Shown piece after piece: positions 23,401 to 33,322 of a stretch of DNA of 64,000 bases. The first letter of the stretch is position 1. Each line of letters begins with the position of its first letter. The position numbers and the translations under genes were made by a program. The stretch lies in contig CM082591.2 in the NCBI GenBank assembly GCA_040954595.2, positions 6,045,009 to 6,109,008 of the forward strand, written 5' to 3'. This DNA is from Balanoglossus misakiensis. Taxonomy: Eukaryota > Animalia > Hemichordata. A model generated the notes under the pieces. That model was not told the DNA's origin, made no database searches, and worked only from the letters and a program-made list of their open reading frames with translations.

Positions 23401-26400
23401 GAGACGAGCTACGCGCTTTAATTGTGGCTACCTTAAATAGGTTTTCACTTTGCGCTAGGGGGTCAAATCCCATTGCATTCTGGTCGAAAAGTCGACAACC
23501 CACTGTAGTAAGAGATAGAAGAAATGATAATTATGTTTACTGTATTTCATGACTTCCTTGGGTCAAACTTGTCTGTCTTTGTACTTACCATATTAAACTC
23601 ATTAAACTTTTTTCACATTTTGTTATTTTTTCTATGAAAAAGTTTCAGAATGACCCGTCATCACTTTAGCTTATGAACTCCTATTCCTTAAACATGGCAA
23701 AAATCGGCCATCTTGAAATTGTGTCGACCATGTGATATTTTTATCACCCACCTAGGTAGCCAAAAACCTATTTAAGGTCGGGAGAATTGCTGATGAATGA
23801 GTGTTTTGGAAGTGAATTCTGTGAATATCCTGGTATGTGGTGCTTATAGTTGTTGTTGTTTGTTTGTTTTCTTGCAGGACGCCATCAAGTACGAGAACGG
23901 TCGAGAAGTGTGCGGTCAGAGTATAGTGGTGGAGTGGGCCCGCGGACCGAGACACGGCTACGTGGTGAGCTTGCTTCCAGCTGTTCTCGTTCTGCATGTC
24001 CGTTGCAGTTGCATCCCATGCTTTGGCTTTGAAATGGTGTCTGTCGGTCACAATGGGCGTTGAATTCCCAGTCTCCACCCCCGTTTGCCTCTTTAGAGGT
24101 CCAACTTTACCATAGAGAACAAAGGATTTGGACTAAACCATTGCGGTGAAAGGGTTTAACTTTGGTTACACAGTCACCTCTAATTGACATACAGTCGAAC
24201 CTGTCTATAGTGGCCAGTCAAGGGACTTTCCTAAACTGGCCTTTATAGAGAGGTGGCCTTTACAATGTATATACATTGTTTTCTAATGGTAAGGTTGGAA
24301 ATATATAGACGGAACTGGGGTGAAAGGGTTAATAACATATCTAACTAGCTACAGAAACCCATAATACCAATGTGTTCTTAACTGAAATATCAGAGTTTAA
24401 ACTTTAAACTGAGTATTTTTGTTATAACAAAACATGAACATCAGTCAGTAGAAACACGTTTCTTGTGAAAAGAATGAATGAAAGGAAATCCCTTCCCATG
24501 TATCTCTGATTTTGATTTGGAAAAATTTGTAGCAAATCTTATTTAAACTGTCAAGAAGCTTCATATCTTGGAAGAATTCACATCTGCGTTACAAAACATA
24601 AAGACGTGAGATTTCGCAGATGCTGCATTTATTTTGATGTAGCTCCGAGGAGCAGAGATGTTGTGACTCGTCACATGACCCTGACACACTTGTAAACCTT
24701 TCCGAAAAATGCCGGCATGTTGGTATGCAATAACATTTTAATGAACCGTACATGAACCAACTGTTGCCCGTAAATCACTGTTTCCTCCAAAATGTAGTTT
24801 GGCAGATCCACTATCGCTGGCAAAGTCACCTTACCATCCCTAGGACTATGTCACCTTGAAAAGTGGTTTGGCCCTCCGTGGGATGAGCCAACACATACCA
24901 GTATACTGTGGGTCATACCATTAAAGGTATACGGTCACCTATGGAAATTTAGCCACAGTTACCATGAAAAATTGAGATCTAGCCAATGACAGATTTTCAG
25001 TGGGTGGCACACGCGGAAAAAAGAGCGCCACCATATGTTCTTTAGAACGCTCAAATACGCCATTTTAGCCATATATGGGCGTATGTAAATTGGAGGTGAC
25101 CGTGTACCTTTAATCACACAATGCGGAGTTGAGCAATATACTCATGCATGTGCCTTCATCACAGTTAGATGTTTGACTAAATCTGTATCTTGCATGGCTG
25201 TTCGTTCTTCCTTTACACTACACCGCAATCTGCATGTTTTGTGGTACCAATTTCTGCAAACCTCTGCAATGTTGCTGATATATAACAATTACTTCAGGTT
25301 TTCTTATATCATAACAATGTACAGTTCAACATGTAAAAATTGACTTTCTCTGCAAAGAGTTGTCCGTTGATCGACATTACCAGCAGCTTCGAAACAAGCT
25401 AAGTCGGAATCTCAAACTGCCCCACGACATCTACGGGTATTTTTTCAAGCAACACAGCTGTGAAATACAAACAGAATGGTACTTCATTATTTACATAAAA
25501 CCCGTTTCCAATATTATTACTACACTTACTGTGAAAGTAAAATGTAGTCAAATTCCTCATTTTGTACTCTTTACACGTATGCTGCCAAAATAATGGAAAA
25601 AAAAGTCGCAGTGAAATTCTTTAATTCATGCAGTATTAAAACGGAAATACATTCCATTAAAAATAGCGTATTCCACAATAAATCGCCCATAAAAGAAATA
25701 AACAGGTGAAAATATTAGAACGTGCAAAAGCACTTTTCCAGAATGTTGATTTAGTTCATCTATCCATGGTATTGTATTTATGCATTTAAAGTGGAGGTAA
25801 TGAAATTTATACTGCCTGCGTTCAATTCCTGGTGACTAGACACTCAGAAATTAGCAGTAGACACAAAGATTGAAGAGATGGGAGATGCTATGGGGAGGGA
25901 TGTGGTTACTAGTTCGTTTAATACACCACTGACCAGATCATAATGCCAGACCATGGTCTGTGTACACAGACTGTGGCCAGACTTACCAGTAAACCATTCT
26001 TCAAGTTCAAACAAGTGTGGCTCTGGTCGGACGAAGGGTCCATGTCCACATTGGTTGTTCTGAGAAGACCTGCACTTTACACTGGAACAACATAAACTAT
26101 CTGATATGTATTTCAGACTTATATTACACCTGGCACATATTTGTGAATGTGTGTGTCACACATGTACATGTACTGTACCTTTGTGTGGATCAGTTGTCAT
26201 GCGAAAAAACACAACAGATGTTATACATTGTAGTATGGTAGTTTTGGGCGGGTCAGGGTTGCACCAATTCAGAAGGCGTGGTACTCCAACCATTCTCATC
26301 TGTACTTACACGTACATCACTCAGTGTTTCATCTAGAGATGGGGGGATTCACCCCCTGTTGACATGTTGGCACCCCCTAGCAATTGATCAAGGGGGGGGG

Positions 26401-29400
26401 GGGGACCAGTGCCCCTTAAAGTAATGTAATTAACATGTTGGAGATATTACAGCCTCCCTTGCCAGAGTGGGATCCCCCTCAAATATTCTGGCAAAGGGGA
26501 CATATCCCCCCTGTTGATGCCATCCTGAATGAAACACTGGTACACGTTTAACATGTAGTCACTGTGCAAGCAGGGTGATGCCTGTGAGACCGCGAGTAAT
26601 GGATCCACCTTGAGGTGATCGAGGTGCCGTCTGCATTGATCCATCATGACTGGAGTGACACTAATTACTTGTATGTGATCTTTCTACCCATCAGGCCGAT
26701 GATGAATGTTACAAGTGCCATCGTACGGGACACTGGGCTCGCAATTGCCATGATGCACGCTACGGTAAGCATTGCTTTCATTAAAGGGACAAAGTCTCTC
26801 TCTCGCTGCCCTTTTTTCCATTAATTATATTTGACAACAGACAACGTTTGTTATTCTACATGTGGATATATAGTGAATGAACGTTCAACCACACAAAACT
26901 TCCATCCCTCTTATAGACAGGAGAGTGAAAAAACTCGCCAAAATGAATAATCGTTCTTTACCATTTATTCATTTTGGGCGAGTTTTTACTCTCATATCAT
27001 ACAAGTGGGATGGAAGTTTTGTGTGGTTGATCATTGATTCACTATATATCCACATGTACATTAACATAAACGTTGTCTTGTATCAAATATAATGAATGGA
27101 AAAGGGGCAGCTGGAGAGAGACTTTGTCCCTTTAAAGACTGTACGGTTGAAACTATTATCTTTGATTTCTGTTGGGAATTTTTCAAGTCTCTCCTCTGAA
27201 TGTGTTATCCAAATCAATACTTTTAATGGCATCACTGTTCTACTGTATGAAAAAGATGGTTGTTAATTTCTTCTGAATGGGAGGAAATATGCCGAGTCAG
27301 CATTTTTTTTGCCATTTTTGCATAAGCCAAAATTATTTCAGAAAGTTTTTCTTCTAATTGAGTGGCAACACAGTTTTATTAAACCAGTGAATGTCATTTC
27401 TCTTCACTGAGCTATGGTCTAAATTTCATGAAAATGACAACTACATGTAGTAGTAGTACAAGTGGTTTTTCTAACCATTCTCTATGTAATGTGGTGGGAA
27501 GAGACAATTTGACACTTTCATAGTGAGTATACAGTACATGTATATCCTTAAGGAATGCATTGGTGAACCATAATTCAATAATAACACTTTACTTAAAGGA
27601 TACCATCAACTGTTTCATAGTGAAATTAGGGGATCACTGTGCAAACTTTTAGAATTACCATTTTCGGTCATTTTTTTGAAATTCAAAATGGCTGCCAAAC
27701 GTCAATAAAACTATATGGAAAATATTCTAATCGCTTTGAAAGACTTCTTCAAGGGTTCTCCTTTTTTTCCAAACTGTTTGAGAGAATGCCCTAGGACTAA
27801 TGAAATGGCATGCTGAGTGAAAGTGTATCCCAAATGAAATGCATGTGTCATTTTCATACTTGTATATTTCTTCTGATTGCAGCTGGCTTAGGCAGAGGAC
27901 CTCCGCCAAGGTGAGTGTGTGTCACTCAGACTGTAACTAAGCAGTCGATCATCAAATATTGATGGCAAATTGATTAGCTTGTCCCATAAATGATTTACCG
28001 GGGTGTGGCTGTCACACTTCGCCAGTCTCTGCGACTGATTATTCTCTCAATTGTAACTGCTTTTTGGTTCCATGGGCATCGATAAAGGTGTTCATGTATA
28101 CCTATCAGTAAGCTTATTTAGATGGACCAATTTAAAGGTATACAGTCACCTCCAATTTACATACGCATATGTCAGAAATGGTGTTTTTGAGTGTTCTAAA
28201 GAACATATGGTGGCGCTTTTTTTTCGGGTGTGCCACCCACTGAAAATCTGTCATTGGCTAGATCTCAATTTGCCATGGGAACTATTATAGCTAATTTTCC
28301 ATAGGTGACCGTATACCTTTAAGTTGGAAAATAAAATCATGAAAATAATGCAAAACATGGCAGCTATAAAGGCTTTAAATTGAGCTGGGGCGACAAGTGA
28401 CATGAAGCAGTTTGAAAAAATGTCAATTGGTGTCTTCACAGATCTGGTGGCAGGTCTGATGGCAGATCTTCTGGAAGAAGGTGGGCAAGACAATTGATAG
28501 TGTTTGCAGAAAAAAAAGTTCTGCGATGCACATTATTAAAGGGACAAAGTCTCTCTCTCGCTACCCTTTTTACCATTAATTATGTTTGATACAAGACACC
28601 GTTTATGTTATTCTACATGTGGATATATAGTGAATCAATGATCAACCACACAAAACTTCCATCCCACTTGTATGATATGAGAGTAAAAACTCGCCCAAAA
28701 TGAATAAATGGTAGAGAACGATTATTCATTTTGGCGAGTTTTTACACTCTCCTGTCTATAAGATGGATGGAAGTTGTGTGTGGTTGAATGTTGATTCACT
28801 ATATATCCACATGTAGAATCACATACACAGTGTCTTGTATCAAACATAATTAATGGAAAAGGGGAAGCGAGAGAGAGACTTTGTCCCTTTAAGATAGCTG
28901 GATTTCGAATCCAAAATCAATCACAGTTCTTGAGCAAAGCGGACAAAACGCGGCTTGATACTAGACCAGACAAAATACATGTAGGTCTGACGCTAATGCG
29001 CCCACAGAGTGGTGAGTTGTAGTGGTTAGTGATGTAACAATTTCGCCTTCCTCCTTGCAGGCCTTCGTACAGGAGTCGGAGTCGAAGCCGCAGTCGCGAG
29101 CGGGACTACAACCGCCGCTCGCACCGGCGCAGGAGTCGCAGTCGCAGCCGCAGCCGCGACCGCCACGTGAGCAACAACAAGGAGCGTCGCAGCAGCCGGG
29201 AGCGACTCAACAGCAGCGGCAACAGCCGCGACAAGAAGGGCGGCGGCGGCAGCAGCAACAACTACAAGCGGAGGAGCCGCAGTCACAGCGACAGCCGGAG
29301 TCGAAGTCGAAGCCCGAGCAGCGAGCGCGGCGCCCGAGAGCGCAGCGCCACCCCCCGCCGGAGAAGTCGCAGCAGGAGCAGCAGCGCCAGTCGCAGTAGA

Positions 29401-29409
29401 AGTCGGTAG
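5455..29409 (+). CDS. Serine/arginine-rich splicing factor, RRM + zinc knuckle + RS domain (SRSF7/RSZ-like)
   Basis: Exons 5455-5581, 7840-7851 (12 nt), 12792-12832, 23878-23964, 26695-26764, 27883-27910, 28442-28480, 29061-29409 join in frame. Protein: [112 protein letters not shown] (CX2CX4HX4C)...RSRSRSRS...RSRSR*. Confidence 0.92.
7056..7248. mobile_element. MITE family A copy
   Basis: Same TIRs and TTAA flanks. It interrupts the left half of a family F element (6985-7055). Confidence 0.88.
9311..9712 (+). repeat. Diverged tandem duplication (~205-bp unit x2)
   Basis: GAGAGATACAACTGGTC...CAGTTTCAGGTT...ATTCTGGTATTTTGCC...AAGCATTATAT recurs at ~9311 and ~9518. Confidence 0.8.
10101..10522. 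mobile_element. Older Kolobok-like MITE
   Basis: (C)TAA-GGATGTAC...GTACATCC-TTAA with internal inverted GGGGTCACCG/CGGTGACCCC. Related remnants occur near 27280-27551 and 13100-13250. Confidence 0.62.
11326..11537. mobile_element. MITE family F (~210 bp, TA target, Tc1/mariner-like)
   Basis: TA-CTGTAAAACACTTTATTTTCGCGAG...CTCGCGAAAATAAAGTGTTTTACAG-TA. Confidence 0.85.
11897..12251. mobile_element. MITE family B (~350 bp quasi-palindromic, Kolobok-like)
   Basis: TTAA-AGGGACAAAGTCTCTC...GAGAGACTTTGTCCCT-TTAA. The long arms pair over most of the length. Confidence 0.9.
15412..15623. mobile_element. MITE family F copy
   Basis: TA-CTGTAAAACGGGTTATTTTCGCGA...TCGCGAAAATAACCCGTTTTACAG-TA. Confidence 0.85.
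15804..16261. mobile_element. Young non-autonomous DNA transposon with 153-bp TIRs (Academ-like)
   Basis: TIRs 15804-15956 and 16109-16261 (TAGTCTCGGTTACCCAGAC...) are flanked by a GATATCGTC direct repeat at 15795-15803 and 16262-16270. Confidence 0.9.
17697..17889. mobile_element. MITE family A copy
   Basis: TTAA-AGGTATAC...GTATACCT-TTAA with homologous interior. Confidence 0.88.
18509..18701. mobile_element. MITE family A copy (opposite orientation to 17697)
   Basis: Same TIRs, TTAA flanks and interior. Confidence 0.88.
20909..21117. mobile_element. MITE family F copy
   Basis: Homologous TIRs and interior. Confidence 0.82.
21310..21668. mobile_element. MITE family E (~360 bp, Kolobok-like)
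   Basis: TTAA-AGTCCCTATAGCTGCCA...TGGCAGCTCTAGAGGCT. Homologous to 62550-62908. Confidence 0.85.
23124..23421. mobile_element. MITE family C (~290 bp, Kolobok-like)
   Basis: TTAA-AGCGCCTAGCT...AGCTACGCGCT-TTAA. Homologous to 30217-30492 and ~45575-45770. Confidence 0.87.
23422..23789. mobile_element. MITE family D
   Basis: Inverted ends CCTTAAATAGGTTTT...AAAACCTATTTAAGG. A second copy lies at 39241-39528. Confidence 0.8.
24921..25113. mobile_element. MITE family A copy
   Basis: Same TIRs, TTAA flanks and interior. Confidence 0.88.
26322..26539. mobile_element. MITE with CAGTGTTTCAT...ATGAAACACTG ends (relative at ~34867-35015)
   Basis: Terminal inverted repeats and G/C homopolymer interior in two copies. 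No TSD recognised. Confidence 0.6.
26781..27135. mobile_element. MITE family B copy
   Basis: Same TIRs and TTAA flanks, starting 16 nt after the zinc-knuckle exon ends. Confidence 0.9.
28132..28322. mobile_element. MITE family A copy nested in a family E fragment (28073-28378)
   Basis: The host sequence resumes exactly after a duplicated TTAA. The empty site is visible at ~62841-62856. Confidence 0.9.
28536..28892. mobile_element. MITE family B copy (inverted relative to 26781)
   Basis: Same TIRs and TTAA flanks. The internal asymmetry is reversed. Confidence 0.9.
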
Positions 29410-30216
29410 AAATGCAAACAAACAAAAAACCTGTAAATGGGAAATTTAACTGAAAAATTTTCTTTCGTGTACGAATTTTCTCTAAATGATGCAATATTTT
29501 GAGAGTGAATATATCTTTTCTAAGAATTCTTATTGTGTATTTTTGAAGAAGAAAGATATAATCTACCTGTCTTTAGTAGAGATACTTTTATAGAGTACAG
29601 TCACAATTTGAAATGTTAGAATACTAACTGGTATCGAACTTGACCATTGTTTTAGACGTCCTGTTCTGTCAGGATAATCCTAGACATTGGCAATGACATT
29701 GCAGTCTTTGACATTCTAACTTAGGCCAAAGCTTTGAAGTTCAACGTTTCTTTTATATCAGCTCAAGATTATTATTTTTTAAGTATAGGGTAAGCAGTTA
29801 TGAAGAAAAAGAAGAAAAAGCTGAAATTTCACACACATTCGATTTGAAGCATGCATGGCTTTCACAAATAGGCAGTGGCTGAATATCTGATGGATAAATA
29901 ACTGCTTTGCAAAGTGAAAGTCAGAACCTGCTTTTGTGTGTGTGTGAATTTTGTTAGTTTCTTTTCCTTTACCCTTTCGCCACCATGGTTTGGTCCAAAT
30001 CCATTGTTTTCTATGGTTAACATGGACCTCTGTTGAGGGAACTGGGGGTGAAAGGGTTACATCTATGTATATATTGGTTTTATTATTCAAAAAGAAACTT
30101 GCCACTATGAATATGATATCCTGAAGCAGTGTAGGCAGGTAGCAATTTTCATGACAACAAGACTGTCAACATCTAGTTTTCTTCTTCTTTTTTTCAAGAA
30201 AGACTCCTCACACACT

Positions 30217-30492
30217 TTAAAGCGCGTAGCTTGTCTCAGCAAATTTTCCATTCGAGGCATTCAAATAATGGACTGCCTTCGCTTCCTTACATATTTCATG
30301 GGCACCGTATAAGTAGATTCTGGTTTTGTCCCTCCTTTTCACCCAAGCTAGTGTCTTTTCCCGATCTCCGACACAGATTAAGGTCGCCGCCATCTTGTGT
30401 GAGCACTGCCTTATGGGATTGACTGTTCACTAAACGTCTGTAACCAGCGGCTACAGTTGGAAAATGCGTGTGAGACGAGCTACGCGCTTTAA
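30217..30492. mobile_element. MITE family C copy (inverted), in the probable SR 3' UTR
   Basis: TTAA-AGCGCGTAGCT...AGCTACGCGCT-TTAA. Confidence 0.87.
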
Positions 30493-30561
30493 CATAGTAG
30501 AGAATTGAAAGGTTTGGCAGACTATCATTTTTTTGACAATCTGTCAAATGTACTACCTTTT

Positions 30562-30653
30562 TTAACCCGTTCACCCCAGTTACCTCTTTAGAGGTTCAAC
30601 CCTACCATAGCAACCAATAGGTGTGGACTGAACCACGGCGGTGAAAGGGTTAA
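30562..30653. mobile_element. MITE family G (~90 bp, piggyBac-like ends); other copies near 24075-24158, 29971-30059, 34668-34762, 36910-37003, 49045-49132, 53695-53781
   Basis: TTAA-CCC(T/G)TTCACCCC...GGTGAAAGGG-TTAA with a shared TTTAGAGGTCCAAC...CCATAG...TTTGGACTGAACCA interior. Confidence 0.78.
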
Positions 30654-33159
30654 TTGATCTGGATAGTACATTGGAGAACACCTCAAAATGACGCGTGCTT
30701 TGTTATCGCATTTTGTACACAATGGATAATGGTTGTGTCCAGCTTTATATAAAATAAATAGCATTTGACCCCTTAGGCTGCAGGTAAAATGCTGCCTTAT
30801 CAAAATACATGTACTACCAGTATTCTTTGACGTTTTGAGTTACCACCGATGTGATGTGATCATATTCACTGACTTATTTGTATTATTATTTTTTGTTATG
30901 AACAAATTTAACTTTTTTGACTGAGCAGTCATCTGAAACTCATTGTAAATGGGACCTGGTTGCATTGGGCTTGTAACTGTTAACCTGTTTTGGTCCAAAT
31001 CCATTATTTAGTTGAAATTTTAGCAAAAAGGAAAGAAATACATTTTGAATGTTGAACATTGTGCTGTAACGATATGTTAATTTGTGTTGCTTGCCCTCTT
31101 AAAAATAAATATAGAGGTAATTTTTAAAGAGTGAAGCATATTGATTTTCACTAGAAAAGTCTAAAAAAAGGTGACTGCCTTTATCTAAACAGTGCTTTGA
31201 ATTTATTTTGCATATTTTTGTACTACTGTTATTTGATATTGCATATTATTGGTGTGAGATATTATCTCAATAATACTTTTGTGAAGATGAGAATTATTTA
31301 AATTTTGTCTTTGTTTGCAAATATATGTTTAACTTGTAGGTTTGTTACAGCAAATAGTAAAAATAGTTTATATTCCAGGTCATTTCCATAATTAGCAAGG
31401 CTATACCATAATATTTTTTCCGTGATTAACCAATCACTGATCAGTTGCATCATGTATAGAAAGAACTGCATGTTTTTGCATAGTGTACCGTTTTGATTTT
31501 GTTTGTTTTTCATTTTGATTTTGTTAGCAATGGTAATTATTAATTTAACAAAAACTGGTTAATTAACTTAATTTTAATGATTTGTGTGTACTTGAGAAAT
31601 CGTATACTTGAGCACAGTTACACTGGTGACTGTAATAACTGCATATGTGTTTTGCTACAGTGATGTTACTACATGTACACATTCAGCTGAAACTCGTACC
31701 AATTCAACCTAATATTTAGTTGAAAGAAGTTTGAAACTGCAACTAAAGACAGCAGGTAGTCATGTCAAATCAAAGCATACATGATATAAAATGATCAGAG
31801 AGACTGGTGTTTTGCCAAAACTTTGCTTATGTGAAATGATAAACCACCCAGAAAGATGTTCTACTAATGAACTAATCAAGTGTAGAACATTCTTCATCAC
31901 AGTATTCATTTACAAGAACAATTGCTTGATTTTCAGACAGTTTGCAGTTCTGTTTAGGGACCATATTGATGTCAACATGTCTTTACCACCAGTTTGTCTG
32001 GGATGGGTTTTGTTATATTCTCTACCGAATTATTAAAAACTGATTAAAACATGTTGTCATCACACATACATAACATTTGGAGCCAAACCATGACATCACT
32101 GGCTGTAAGCAAATATCAGCTGTTCATATTTTCTCATTAACAAATTGTAACATAAACTTGAAATGATTGTATATAGATGTATTGTTATCCGGAGGTATAG
32201 TGTTATAGGGGTTTATGGTAAAGTTATGCAGATTACTCAAGCAATTAATGTATTTCTTTACAGGTATATATTTTTTACTTTTAGTTCAGAAATAGACAAT
32301 ATTGGAGTCACAAGCCTCTAGTAATTCTAGATTCATTTCATTTTTATCTCCAAGGACCGGGACACCCTTGCCCCAGTTCTGGACTGTTGTAAACCATGAG
32401 TTAGTTCAAGTCCTAATGTACAAACTCAGAAAATTTAATTTAATTTTTATCAGATGCTCAACATGTCACAGTCTAGTTCCCATCAAATCTCAGTCCCTCA
32501 GGAGGAAAAAAGAAAATTATCTTTCACCATCTTGTTTATAGTCTGCCCTTTTTGTACTTAAATTTTAGTGTTCAACTTTTCTAACTTTGCATTTTTTAAG
32601 CGAGGAAATATTTTATGGACAAGTACTCAAGGGACATATATATGTAGCCACGTTATCAGGCATTTACCCAAGTGCTCATAACCAAAGATATAGTTCTGGG
32701 ATCATTTGTAACTCTTGGATTTTATTCTGGTGTAAATTGATCGTTTGGAGGAATCAACTTCATGTGCGTGTTTGTTATGGGATAATTACGGTGTTTCAGA
32801 AGAGAAGTTTCTAATTTGTGGTCTAATAAATCTATATATCCAAGAGAAATAATGTTTGTCTATATGATTGTTATTTTGGCCAGAATACTGTGTGAAGCCC
32901 ACAGAATGAGAATGTGTGTGAAGTATCAGTCGAAAAGCCCTCACAGTTCATTATTGTAGCGTCTTTTGTTTTTACATGACTGGGCGACTCAGTCCAACTC
33001 TTTGCGAAGTAAATTTAAAAACAGTATCAGATGTCCACGGGGTAAAGCATTGTGTAATTTCCAAGGTTAAATTCATTACTACTACTTATATCTACCCCTA
33101 AAGCCCAAAACGCGTATATTGGTGACGTTTGCGCAGTTCTTCTTATGAACAAACTGGGT

Positions 33160-33225
33160 CAAAGGTCAAACACAATGCTTGGAGCGCATGCGTGCTGATA
33201 AACACTATTTCAAAATGGCGGTGAA
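33160..33225 (+). promoter_or_regulatory. Housekeeping-type promoter motifs upstream of PROSER3-like
   Basis: NRF1-like GCGCATGCG at ~33184 and YY1 motif CAAAATGGCGG at 33211-33221, about 100 bp before the inferred ATG. Confidence 0.5.
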
Positions 33226-33322
33226 ATCAAACTAATGCAGCTCTGACATCGACGAAGATTTTTTTCAACACAGCATTTCCAGTGATGTAAGAAATCGTCT
33301 GGTCGTGTTAACTTGCAAAGCT

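Noticed and set aside
26234-26251. Possible 18-nt in-frame microexon YGSFGR (TAG|...CGG|GTCAGG)
   Set aside because: Poor pyrimidine tract; cannot be supported without transcripts.
29022-29494. Overlapping ORFs in other frames and strands over the SR last exon (Gln/Pro-rich, Ala-rich, Cys-rich)
   Set aside because: Expected shadows of AGC/CGC-rich RS codons. The Gln-rich frame would need an unsupported 23964>29061 splice.
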